Source of the DNA: Melioribacteraceae bacterium
GTDB taxonomy: Bacteria > Bacteroidota > Ignavibacteria > Ignavibacteriales > Melioribacteraceae
Length of the DNA: 64,000 nucleotides
Direction of reading: 5' to 3'
Assembly: GCA_041674625.1 (NCBI GenBank)
Contig: JBAYVI010000001.1
Span: 11,421 to 75,420, forward strand
The position numbers and the translations under genes are program-made. The notes beneath the pieces were generated by a model. The model had not been told where the DNA came from and made no database searches. It saw nothing but the letters and a program-made list of their open reading frames with translations. Of this stretch, positions 21,484 through 29,974 are shown one piece after another. Every line of letters starts with the position of its first letter. The first letter of the stretch is position 1.

Positions 21484-24132
21484 ATGACTGTAAATAAAGC
21501 ATTTGCGTATATTAAAAAAGATGATTCTTTGGATTCTGAGCGTAGTATTATTTGCTATGCTTCTACTAATAGCGTTGATCGTCATGGAGATATGATCTTG
21601 CCTACGGCATGGTCCGAAAAAGGCATGAAGAATTACCGTAAGAATCCGGTAATTTTGCTTAATCATGACTACCATAATACATTGCCTGTTGGTAAATCTT
21701 TATGGCAGAAGACTGATGATAAAGGGTTAAAATTTAAAATCCAGTTTGCCGATACGGATCTAGGAAGGGAATTATATTACCTATATTCTGGTGGCTATAT
21801 GTCAAGCTTCAGCGTGGGTTTTCGTCCAGTGAAAACGTATGATAATGAAGATACTAAAAAATATAAGGATGAAGATGGTAATATTCCCCATACAGTTTAT
21901 GAAGAATGTGAACTATTAGAATTATCAGCCGTAAATTTGCCTGCAAATGCCGATGCTAACATGATTAGAACCGTAAAAGGGTTAGTAGAACAAGAAAAAG
22001 GTGGGTTTGTAAAATCTAAAGAATTGATTGATTTTATTGGCGGTATCAAGAGTTCAAAAGAATATATTGAATTAATTTCTGAGGACGAAGCAAAAGAAGC
22101 TCCACAAGAAAAAGCGAAAATTGTAGGGCATATCGATTTAGATTTTGACAATAAATATGTGAATGAAGATGAAATGATGATTATTCCACTTAAAAAGAAA
22201 TATGAAGATTGTGAAAATAAATGCGATAGTTGTAAAGATTGTAATAACGAAGAATTAACTGGAATTGTTGAAGAACCCGTTGAAGAAAAGTCACAAGATG
22301 ATACTGATATCCAAGAGAAGGCTGAAGAGAAAGCAAAGAAACCATGTAAGAAAGAAGACGGCTGTGATGGTGAGTGCATTGGCGATGAATGTGATGAGTA
22401 TGATTCATGTGATGAAGAAATGAAGAAACAATTCGTTGAGGTTTCTATTAATAAAGAAGTTATAGAGGAGATTACCGAAGAAAAACAAATTGAAGAAGTT
22501 GTTGAAACGGAAATCAAATCAGAATTGGATGAAATTATTGAAGATTCAATTAAAGAATTAGAAGAGGAAAATATAGAAATAAAAGACACTTCTTACATTC
22601 AAAAAACGATTGATTTGTTTAATTCTTTAAATATTAAAAATATTACTCCAGAAATGAAAGAACAAATCAAAAAACAATACGGAGAAGAGTTTGATATTTC
22701 AAGTGTAAAAGTAGAACCATATGGTTTTGAATATAAAATTTTCTGTAAGTTCCTTGGTTGTAAAGTAAAAGAAATTTTTACTAATGACTTTTTTATTCCT
22801 ACTGTAGAAAGAGGGAATTACCTTTCTGCCATTAAGACTGTGTTAAAAGATGCAACTCTCCTTGATCAAAGGGCATTTACTCAAAATGGTTGCGAAGTTC
22901 CGCTTAAATATAGCACTATTAAATTAAATTCAAAAAGATCAGATGAATTTTTAATTACCGGGACTCAATTTTATAAATCCACTGATGGTGAATCATTCAT
23001 CCTTCAATTCTACCCTGTCTGGGGAGGAATGATAGCAGATATCTATTGTTCAAAAGACAAAAATAAAATAGCAAAATCATTATTTGTTGATTCTGTTAAG
23101 TGGGTAGAAAAAAATAATTTTCTTAGAGGTGAAAAATTTTCCGTTAGCGGTGAATTTTTAGAAAGAAAATTATTTGAATGGGATGATGTAATTTATTCAA
23201 GTGATAAAGATAAAGAGACTATCAAGAAGAATGTTGAGAAGTTGTCAGAAACCTCTCCTAGTCGGGGGATGATGCTTGTTGGCCCTCCAGGAAACGGCAA
23301 AACTACCCTCGGCAAAGTTATGATGAATAAAATGGATTCAACATTTATTTGGGCTAGTTCAAAAGATTTTGAATGGGGTGCGGATTATACATTAGGTATT
23401 GGCTTTGAGATGGCTAGAAAATTAGCCCCCGCTGTATTTTTTATTGAGGATATTGATGGTTGGTTAAATGCTTATACTGTTGATCTTCTCAAGACAGAAA
23501 TGGATGGTATTAGAGACAATAAAGGCGTTCTTACTATCTTAACAAGTAATTTCCCCGAAAATATGCCAGATGCATTGATTGATCGCCCAGGCAGATTCCA
23601 TCATATTATAAATTTTTCTTTACCAAATAAAGAAAATAGAATAAAATTATTAAAGTTTTTTACTGAAAATGCCGATAAGGAAAGTATAGAAAAATTTGCA
23701 GATATGACAGAAGGATATAGTGGTTCACATCTAAGAGAATTAGTAGATTTTGCAAAAATGATTTCCGAAGATGAAGAAATTTCAATAGACGAAGCATTAA
23801 TGAAATCGTTTGAACAAATGAAAGAGCAAAGACAATTAATCCATGATATTAAAAATGAACCGAAGAAGAAAGAATTTATTGATATCGAAACTGTAGAAGT
23901 TAAAGATTCTAGTATTGATTTTGAAATTAAAAATACTGAAGAGGAAACGGTAATTAAAGAAACGATTGATTTTGAGATTAAAGAAACTAAACAAAGTGTA
24001 GATTTTAATATTACTAAAGAAGAGGCTCAAGAGATAATTAAAAATTCAATTATTAATGTAGCACAAGAAATGCAATCGATTGAAGACTTAGTTGATGAAA
24101 GAATTAAAAGAGCAAAGGGTATTATTTTTTAA
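21484..24132 (+). CDS. prohead protease (S78/HK97 type) - acidic/Cys-rich linker - AAA+ ATPase fusion protein
   Basis: The N-terminus has LLNHDYH, GYMSSFSVGF and ELSAVNLPANADA. The middle is an acidic Glu/Lys-rich region with a Cys cluster. The C-terminal part has Walker A GPPGNGKT (23281-23304), Walker B FFIEDID and DALIDRPGRFHH. TAGGAGGAAT SD. Confidence 0.85.
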   Translation: MTVNKAFAYIKKDDSLDSERSIICYASTNSVDRHGDMILPTAWSEKGMKNYRKNPVILLNHDYHNTLPVGKSLWQKTDDKGLKFKIQFADTDLGRELYYLYSGGYMSSFSVGFRPVKTYDNEDTKKYKDEDGNIPHTVYEECELLELSAVNLPANADANMIRTVKGLVEQEKGGFVKSKELIDFIGGIKSSKEYIELISEDEAKEAPQEKAKIVGHIDLDFDNKYVNEDEMMIIPLKKKYEDCENKCDSCKDCNNEELTGIVEEPVEEKSQDDTDIQEKAEEKAKKPCKKEDGCDGECIGDECDEYDSCDEEMKKQFVEVSINKEVIEEITEEKQIEEVVETEIKSELDEIIEDSIKELEEENIEIKDTSYIQKTIDLFNSLNIKNITPEMKEQIKKQYGEEFDISSVKVEPYGFEYKIFCKFLGCKVKEIFTNDFFIPTVERGNYLSAIKTVLKDATLLDQRAFTQNGCEVPLKYSTIKLNSKRSDEFLITGTQFYKSTDGESFILQFYPVWGGMIADIYCSKDKNKIAKSLFVDSVKWVEKNNFLRGEKFSVSGEFLERKLFEWDDVIYSSDKDKETIKKNVEKLSETSPSRGMMLVGPPGNGKTTLGKVMMNKMDSTFIWASSKDFEWGADYTLGIGFEMARKLAPAVFFIEDIDGWLNAYTVDLLKTEMDGIRDNKGVLTILTSNFPENMPDALIDRPGRFHHIINFSLPNKENRIKLLKFFTENADKESIEKFADMTEGYSGSHLRELVDFAKMISEDEEISIDEALMKSFEQMKEQRQLIHDIKNEPKKKEFIDIETVEVKDSSIDFEIKNTEEETVIKETIDFEIKETKQSVDFNITKEEAQEIIKNSIINVAQEMQSIEDLVDERIKRAKGIIF
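23650..23679 (+). promoter_or_regulatory. sigma-28/FliA-type motif embedded in coding sequence
   Basis: TTAAAGTTTT-N11-TGCCGATAAG read in frame as LKFFTENADK. It lies about 0.9 kb upstream of the MCP gene. Confidence 0.35.
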
Positions 24133-24141
24133 AGGATATTT

Positions 24142-24417
24142 ATGAATAAATATTATGGTCGTAGATGTATGGGACATTATGTAAAATGTGATGATATTCC
24201 TAGTTTATTCAAACCAACAACTGTTGGTCGTTCAATTAAAATAGTACATGGCATTCCTGATGATTCGCAATTGATTGATCTAGTAATTCAAGATGGATAT
24301 GATGGGAAAGAGTGCATGTTTGTGTTTGAAAGTGAAGAATTCGACGTATTTGAATATGGGGCAAAATCACTTCCTGGTATTTCGGTTAGATATAGTTATT
24401 ATACAATTAAAGAGTGA
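24142..24417 (+). CDS. hypothetical protein (91 aa)
   Basis: Track ORF between the protease fusion and the MCP. Confidence 0.5.
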   Translation: MNKYYGRRCMGHYVKCDDIPSLFKPTTVGRSIKIVHGIPDDSQLIDLVIQDGYDGKECMFVFESEEFDVFEYGAKSLPGISVRYSYYTIKE

Positions 24418-24559
24418 TTTTTTAAATAAAACATAAATTATGGTTATACATCCTCAGTATAAAATATACCAAAAATCACTAAGGATGTCAAGAAAATTGC
24501 TGGAGATACTTTAGAGGTATTAGGCGATTATTAAAATAAAATATTTGGAGGAATTAAAT

Positions 24560-25807
24560 ATGGAAAAAAGTGAATTTGAAGCACTTGTAAAGGACACTAC
24601 TACTGAAGCCGTTAAGGGTATTATGGATGCTAATAACGAGAAGCTTGCGGACGTTATTGATGCTAAGATCAAGGAAGCGGTAGTTGATGTAGAGAAGCGG
24701 ATTGTGGTAGGGAAGGAAGAAATGGAAAAGGATAAGAAAGCTGGGTTTAAATCATTTACTCATTTTTGTGTAGACATCGCAAAGGCCTCTGCGTCTGGTT
24801 TTCGTAAAGTAAGTTCTGAACTCGAGAAATGGGAAACTCATTGCACTAAAGCTGCTGGGTCTCCTTCTCAGAATGTTTCTGATGGTGAAGCTGGTGGTTA
24901 TCTTGTTCCTGAAGAGTTTCGTCAGAACCTCCTAGTTGCGACTAGAGAAAAAAATGAGTTCATGTCCCGTTGTACTCAGATTCCCATGCAGAGTAATGTA
25001 GTTAAAATCCCCTATGTAAATGGCTTCGATAAATCAGGGAATCTTGTATATGGTAATGTAGCTTGGCAGTGGACCCAAGAAGAAGAAGATTTCACCGCTA
25101 AAAACGTGAAGTTCGGTTATATTAACCTTGCTCTTCATAAGGTAACTGGTATGGCTTACGTTTCTGATGAGATTCTTCGGTTCTCTCCTATGAGTATGGA
25201 GAACATCCTTCAAGAAGGATTTATTGATGGATTTAATTATGAAATGAACCGGGTTATTCTTAAAGGAACAGGAGCTGGCCAACCGCAGGGCATTCTTTCG
25301 GCCCCTGCAACTATTAGTATTGCTGCCGAATCTGGGCAAACGTCCACTCAGATTCTTTGGGAAAACGTGATTAAGATGTACGCTCGTTGTATCAATCCCG
25401 CAAATGCAATTTGGATTGCTAATCCAAATACCCTTCCTCAATTAGCTTCTATGAGCCTTGCTATAGGAACAGGCGGAATTCCTGTATTTATGCCTGCTGG
25501 GGGAGCTGCCGGTCAGCCTTATGCAACTCTATTTGGTCTTCCCCTTGTATTTAGCCATCATGCTAAGTCTTTGGGTACTGCTGGAGATTTAGTCCTTGCT
25601 GATATGAAACAGTATCTCTTGGGTATGCTTGCTGGCGATGAAGGTATGAGATTTGATACTTCTATGCATATTAAATTTGAAACGGACCAGCAGGCTTTCC
25701 GTTTTGCGTTCTATGTGGCCGGACAGAGTTGGATGCCAACATACCTTACTCCTCCTGAAGCTACGTCTGACACTCTTTCTCCGTTTATTATGATTGCCAC
25801 TCGGTAA
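24560..25807 (+). CDS. major capsid protein, HK97 family
   Basis: GGYLVPEEF motif, an N-terminal coiled delta-like region, and 415 aa following the protease. ATG 24560 with a GGAGGAA SD is preferred over the track's TTG 24545. Confidence 0.9.
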   Translation: MEKSEFEALVKDTTTEAVKGIMDANNEKLADVIDAKIKEAVVDVEKRIVVGKEEMEKDKKAGFKSFTHFCVDIAKASASGFRKVSSELEKWETHCTKAAGSPSQNVSDGEAGGYLVPEEFRQNLLVATREKNEFMSRCTQIPMQSNVVKIPYVNGFDKSGNLVYGNVAWQWTQEEEDFTAKNVKFGYINLALHKVTGMAYVSDEILRFSPMSMENILQEGFIDGFNYEMNRVILKGTGAGQPQGILSAPATISIAAESGQTSTQILWENVIKMYARCINPANAIWIANPNTLPQLASMSLAIGTGGIPVFMPAGGAAGQPYATLFGLPLVFSHHAKSLGTAGDLVLADMKQYLLGMLAGDEGMRFDTSMHIKFETDQQAFRFAFYVAGQSWMPTYLTPPEATSDTLSPFIMIATR

Positions 25808-25848
25808 TTGATTTATTTGATAAATGATTATAATATAATGCTATGTGT

Positions 25849-25904
25849 TTTGGGATAGGACGGCCATCCGACAAGTTGAGAATTCTCCCGCTCAATTTCC
25901 CAAA
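25849..25904 (+). promoter_or_regulatory. Y-shaped structured element, copy 2
   Basis: P1 TTTGGGA/TCCCAAA, then TA, P2 GGA-cggcca-TCC, GACAAG, P3 TTGAG-aattctcccg-CTCAA, then TT and a T-run. It ends 34 nt before ATG 25939. Confidence 0.6.
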
Positions 25905-25938
25905 TTTAAAATTTACGGGAACATATGGGGATATGTAA

Positions 25939-27036
25939 ATGGCAAGAAAAGCAAATAAAGTAGAAGTAAAATGTGAAACGTGTGGCATCCAAAAGATTAT
26001 CACTGAAAGAGCATATAACGACAATAAAACAAAGAGGTTTTATTGTAATTCTGAATGTAGAAGTAAAGATAGATTTAAACAAATAGATGTTAGTTGTCCT
26101 AATTGTGGGAAAGAATTTTGGGTTCCAGAATCGCAATTTAATCGGACAAAATCTAAAAAGTTTTATTGTAGTGTAAAATGTAGGAGTGAACATTCTAATA
26201 TTTTATCTATTTGCTCCGGTTGCGGAAAAGAGTTTATAAAGAAATCTTATGACAAAGGCGGTCTATTTTGCAGTAATGAATGTTACTTTAAAAGCATAAG
26301 AAACAGGGTTAAAACAAATTGCGCTTTTTGTGGGAAAGAAATAGAAAAATCTAGACATCAATTTGATACTCAAGATAATTGTTTTTGCTCAAGGGAGTGT
26401 TTGTTTAGCTGGCAACGTGAAAATTGGCAAGGAGAGAGCCATCCTAATTATTCCCAAATTGAAATATCTTGTGGTTTTTGTGGTAAACAGATATCGAGAA
26501 ATAAATGGCAGGTAGAGAATAGAAAATATCTCTTTTGTGATTCTTCTTGTCTTCACGATTTTATGAAAAGTGACAAGTCATGGGGAAGAAAAGATAAACA
26601 TTTAGTACCGTGTTCGAATTGTGGCAAAGAATTACTGGTTTCACCTGCTGAAGTGGATCGATATTGTAAACATTTTTGTGATTCTTCTTGTAAGAGTGAA
26701 TTTAATGTCGGAGAGAATAATCCTAACTGGAGAGGTGGATTATCATTCCAAGATTATGGGATGGAATTCAATGAAACACTAAAAGGGGTTGTTAGAAACA
26801 GGGATAATAGGACTTGTCAGTTATGTGGAGAGGTGGAAACGGATAGAAAGCATGACTGTCACCACATTGATTATTGCAAGGAAAATAATGTAGAAGAAAA
26901 TCTTATTTCTTTATGTAGAGCGAATGGATGCCACTCAAAAACAAATGGGAATAGGAAGTATTGGGAAAAATATTTTAAGGAATTAATAGAACAAAAGTAT
27001 AATAATCTTTTGGATGCTGCACGTTCAACAACATAA
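25939..27036 (+). CDS. HNH endonuclease with six tandem FCS-type zinc fingers
   Basis: Six repeats of CxxCG-x(15-19)-(F/Y/L)FC(S/N/D)xxC. The C-terminal HNH region is CQLCG...HDCHHIDY...NLISLCRANGCHSK. Confidence 0.8.
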   Translation: MARKANKVEVKCETCGIQKIITERAYNDNKTKRFYCNSECRSKDRFKQIDVSCPNCGKEFWVPESQFNRTKSKKFYCSVKCRSEHSNILSICSGCGKEFIKKSYDKGGLFCSNECYFKSIRNRVKTNCAFCGKEIEKSRHQFDTQDNCFCSRECLFSWQRENWQGESHPNYSQIEISCGFCGKQISRNKWQVENRKYLFCDSSCLHDFMKSDKSWGRKDKHLVPCSNCGKELLVSPAEVDRYCKHFCDSSCKSEFNVGENNPNWRGGLSFQDYGMEFNETLKGVVRNRDNRTCQLCGEVETDRKHDCHHIDYCKENNVEENLISLCRANGCHSKTNGNRKYWEKYFKELIEQKYNNLLDAARSTT

Positions 27037-27065
27037 AACGTATAAAAATTTAGGAGGAATAAATT

Positions 27066-27551
27066 ATGAGTGGAAGACTTTTTCAAGAAGTTCATGTAGT
27101 AAATGCTATGCCTGCCGCTAATCAGGCGGCTTATGAAGATATTTTTAATGGTAGCCCAAGTACTGATATCGTTAACCTTGGTAAATATGAAAAATGTCTT
27201 TGGATTCTTCAGAAAGCTGCTGGTGCAACTGGTAGCGCTGTAATCACAGTTGGTTCTTGCGATACTGTTGTCCCAGGTACTGCTACCGCAGTTGCCTTCA
27301 ATTATTGGACTTGTACAAGTGGTGATACTTGGTCTGATATGCAGACCGCGACTTCCGCAGGTTTTACAACCACTGTAGGGACTGACCAAGCATATGCGAT
27401 TGAAATTAATAGTTCTGAACTTTATAGCACCGATAAGTATGCTAGAATGACCATGACAGAATCCGTTAACGATCCTGTAGACGGTACTGTAGTCTGTATT
27501 ATGGGTGGTGGTCGTTCTGTTCACGAAGTTTCTGACACCGCAATCGTTTAA
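27066..27551 (+). CDS. probable abundant virion protein (161 aa; decoration/auxiliary capsid candidate)
   Basis: The translation-initiation context TAGGAGGAATAAATTATG is identical to that of 28241. It is located in the capsid block. No motif recognised. Confidence 0.55.
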   Translation: MSGRLFQEVHVVNAMPAANQAAYEDIFNGSPSTDIVNLGKYEKCLWILQKAAGATGSAVITVGSCDTVVPGTATAVAFNYWTCTSGDTWSDMQTATSAGFTTTVGTDQAYAIEINSSELYSTDKYARMTMTESVNDPVDGTVVCIMGGGRSVHEVSDTAIV

Positions 27552-27578
27552 ACATAGCGGTAACCAGTAATAATCAAC

Positions 27579-27621
27579 ACCCACTTACCTCTGATTATTT
27601 TAAATTGAGAGGTAAGTGGGT
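27579..27621 (+). terminator. 13-bp stem-loop after 27066..27551
   Basis: ACCCACTTACCTC / GAGGTAAGTGGGT with a 17-nt loop. The U-tract is weak. Confidence 0.45.
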
Positions 27622-27628
27622 TAATTGT

Positions 27629-27703
27629 AGCGGGTTGGAGAAGTAGGAACTCGTCAGGCTCATATCCTGAAGATCATAGGTGCAAATCCTATACCCGCTA
27701 CCA
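27629..27703 (+). tRNA. tRNA with CAT anticodon (Met or Ile2; not initiator-like)
   Basis: Hand-folded. Acceptor AGCGGGT/ACCCGCT, anticodon stem TCAGG/CCTGA with loop CTCATAT, T arm ATAGG-TGCAAAT-CCTAT, encoded CCA. The T-loop has G where U55 is expected. Confidence 0.7.
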
Positions 27704-27725
27704 ATATCAATAGAGGATTTAAAAT

Positions 27726-27992
27726 TTGGGAAACGAATACGTTAAAGTCAAATTCCTTTCAGATTGGATGGGTCATCCCGAAGGTTCCACCCTAACAATC
27801 ATGAAGGTAAAAGCGAATGAATTAAAGGCGAGGAATATTATTAAACTAGTTGATACAGTTGATTCTAAATCTTTGATTGATTTAAATAATAAGATTAAAG
27901 AAGAAATTAAAAACCTTGATTCTCCGCCTATGAATAAAATGATAGATTCCCCTCAAATTAAAAAATCTAGTGGTAGACCGAAAAAGAAGTGA
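27726..27992 (+). CDS. hypothetical protein (88 aa) with basic C-terminal tail
   Basis: Track ORF with a TTG start and a GAGGA SD. The C-terminus is KKSSGRPKKK. Confidence 0.4.
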   Translation: MGNEYVKVKFLSDWMGHPEGSTLTIMKVKANELKARNIIKLVDTVDSKSLIDLNNKIKEEIKNLDSPPMNKMIDSPQIKKSSGRPKKK

Positions 27993-28001
27993 ATTGATTA
28001 T

Positions 28002-28079
28002 CTGTGTGTAGCTCAGTCTTAGTAGAGTAACCGCCTTGGACGCGGGAAGTCGGAGGTTCGAATCCTCCCACCCAGACCA
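28002..28079 (+). tRNA. tRNA-Pro (TGG)
   Basis: Hand-folded. Acceptor CTGTGTG/CACCCAG (one U-C mismatch), anticodon loop CTTGGAC, T arm GGAGG-TTCGAAT-CCTCC, encoded CCA. Confidence 0.75.
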
Positions 28080-28100
28080 TAATAGAATAGATTTTTAACG

Positions 28101-28176
28101 GCTGGATTAGCTCAGTTGGTAGAGCATCTGCCTTGTAAGCAGGCGGTCACGGGTTCGATGCCTGTATCCAGCTCCA
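28101..28176 (+). tRNA. tRNA-Thr (TGT)
   Basis: Hand-folded. Acceptor GCTGGAT/ATCCAGC, D arm GCTC-AGTTGGTA-GAGC, anticodon loop CTTGTAA, T arm ACGGG-TTCGATG-CCTGT, encoded CCA. Confidence 0.85.
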
Positions 28177-28240
28177 CAAATAGGCGGAACTGCCGCCAAG
28201 AAACGCAATAATATTTGCGTACAGATAGGAGGAATAAATT

Positions 28241-28558
28241 ATGCCTGTAACACTCGTAAAAAGTTCATGGGAAAGTGGGAATTTAGTATTTAAGAAAGTA
28301 GGTACTTGGGCTACTACTGGGATTACTCTCGGTGAAGATGCAACCGGGTTAGATTTTAAATGTTTTGGCGATACTACTGGCAAATACATGCTTTGGGACC
28401 AGTCAGCCGACAAACTTATCATAATTGGGACAAGTGACTTGGGAACAAGCGCGGAGGCAGATGCATACACAGTCGGGGGCACGGCGGGGGTAGATTTTGC
28501 TTCTGGCGCAATTACCAGCTTGCAGGTAATCAAGGGAATCGTGACATATGCCGCGTAA
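28241..28558 (+). CDS. probable abundant virion protein (105 aa)
   Basis: It has the same 18-nt initiation context as 27066 and is followed by copy 3 of the structured element. Confidence 0.55.
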   Translation: MPVTLVKSSWESGNLVFKKVGTWATTGITLGEDATGLDFKCFGDTTGKYMLWDQSADKLIIIGTSDLGTSAEADAYTVGGTAGVDFASGAITSLQVIKGIVTYAA

Positions 28559-28579
28559 ATAGTTGACCTAATTACATAT

Positions 28580-28633
28580 TTGGGGATAGGGCTGTACACC
28601 TGACAAGAAGACTTAATCCATCTTCTTCCCCAA
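28580..28633 (+). promoter_or_regulatory. Y-shaped structured element, copy 3
   Basis: P1 TTGGGGA/TCCCCAA, then T, P2 AGG-gctgtaca-CCT, GACAAG, P3 AAGA-cttaatcca-TCTT, then CT and a T-run. It ends 31 nt before ATG 28665. Confidence 0.55.
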
Positions 28634-28664
28634 TTTTATTTTAAGGACCATAGGAGGAATAACT

Positions 28665-29366
28665 ATGGAAAATGTATTAGGTAATAGGTACGGAAGATGG
28701 ATTGTAATAAACAACAATCCGAGTATCAGGACGAAGAAAAGAAGATCGGTCATTTGTCAATGTTCATGTAAAAAGAAAACCGTTAGGGAAGTAACTATTG
28801 TAGATTTGAAAATGGGTAAATCTAATTCTTGCGGATGTCTCCAAAGAGAAAGGGCAGCAGAATCGAATAGTACTCATGGGCTTTATAGGCACCCTTTGTA
28901 TAATATCTGGGGTTTAATGATGGGAAGATGCTATAACAAAAATGGAGTTCAATATAAGGATTGGGGCGGTAGAGGAATAATAGTTTGCGATGAGTGGAAA
29001 TATAATCCCGAATTATTTATAGAATGGTGTTTAGAAAACGGATGGGTTCAGGGATTAGAAATTGATAGAGAAAACAATGACGGGAATTATGAACCAAATA
29101 ATTGTAGATTTGTAACATCTCAGATAAATATAATAAACATGAGATTAATTCAATCAAACAACACATCTGGATATAGGGGCGTTTATTATAATAAACGCAA
29201 AAGAAGTTATTGTTGCCAAATTGGATATAACAAGAAATATATTTTAAGTGAATCTGGCTTCAAAACACCAGAACAGGCGGCGAAAGCACGGGATATATTT
29301 ATTATAAAAAACGATTTGCCTCATAAATTAAATTTCCCAGAACTAGCAATTAACGGGCCGCTATGA
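28665..29366 (+). CDS. AP2-domain, homing-endonuclease-like protein (paralog of 6997..7815)
   Basis: HPLYNIWGLMMGRC...CDEW...EIDRENNDGNYEPNNCRF plus the AP2-like YRGVYYNKRKRSYCCQI. Confidence 0.6.
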   Translation: MENVLGNRYGRWIVINNNPSIRTKKRRSVICQCSCKKKTVREVTIVDLKMGKSNSCGCLQRERAAESNSTHGLYRHPLYNIWGLMMGRCYNKNGVQYKDWGGRGIIVCDEWKYNPELFIEWCLENGWVQGLEIDRENNDGNYEPNNCRFVTSQINIINMRLIQSNNTSGYRGVYYNKRKRSYCCQIGYNKKYILSESGFKTPEQAAKARDIFIIKNDLPHKLNFPELAINGPL

Positions 29367-29974
29367 AAAATATTAATATAGCAATCGTTTTGCCTGTAAG
29401 CTGGGAATATTTACCAATACAATTTTTCAAATCCTGGATAACTTTAAAGAAACCAGAGCACTCTGTCATTATCCCAACGAGAGGAAGAATTGATGACATG
29501 CGGAATGCAGCAATAAACTCTGTGCTTAAAGATGGTAGTTTTAGCCACATTTTATTTTTAGATACAGACCACTTTCATCATCCAGACACAATACCAAAAT
29601 TGCTTTCTCACAATAAACACATTGTATCTGGATTAAGTTTTAGAAGGTCAGAACCGTATGACCCTATAATGTTCGTTAAGGATTACAAAAAATTTAAAAA
29701 CATTACAGAGTGGAAAGATGGTGAGTTATTAGAGGTAGATGTAATAGGAGCGGCCTCATTACTCGTAGATGTAGAAGTTTTTAATAGAATGAAAGCTCCA
29801 TATTTTGAAATGAACTACCCATATATGGATGGTGTTATTTCAGAAGATTTTGCGTTTTGTTTAAAAGCACAAGAACTTGGGTATGAAGTCTATTGTGATA
29901 CAAGTTGCACGAATGATCATATTGGCACTTTGAATATCAATAAAAAAGTTTGGGAGAAATTTTGTGGAAAATAA
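29363..29974 (+). CDS. GT-A fold glycosyltransferase (paralog of 36657 and 45032)
   Basis: DxD-type LFLDTDH, SEDFAFCLKAQELGYEVYCDTS and HIG. It aligns by eye along its full length with the two other paralogs. Confidence 0.7.
   Translation: MKNINIAIVLPVSWEYLPIQFFKSWITLKKPEHSVIIPTRGRIDDMRNAAINSVLKDGSFSHILFLDTDHFHHPDTIPKLLSHNKHIVSGLSFRRSEPYDPIMFVKDYKKFKNITEWKDGELLEVDVIGAASLLVDVEVFNRMKAPYFEMNYPYMDGVISEDFAFCLKAQELGYEVYCDTSCTNDHIGTLNINKKVWEKFCGK

Noticed and set aside
21897-22589. 230-aa minus-strand Ser-rich ORF, plus 22190..22408
   Set aside because: They are the antisense of the GAA/GAT-rich acidic linker of the protease-AAA+ fusion. Their low-complexity Ser/Phe/Ile composition is the mirror image of Glu/Lys/Asp codons.
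26871-27584. 237-aa minus-strand ORF
   Set aside because: It spans the end of the HNH gene, an intergenic SD and all of 27066..27551 on the opposite strand. It has no SD, and its odd composition marks it as a shadow ORF.
28147-28599. 150-aa minus-strand ORF
   Set aside because: It overlaps tRNA-Thr, the 28241..28558 gene and copy 3 of the structured element, so it is implausible as a gene.
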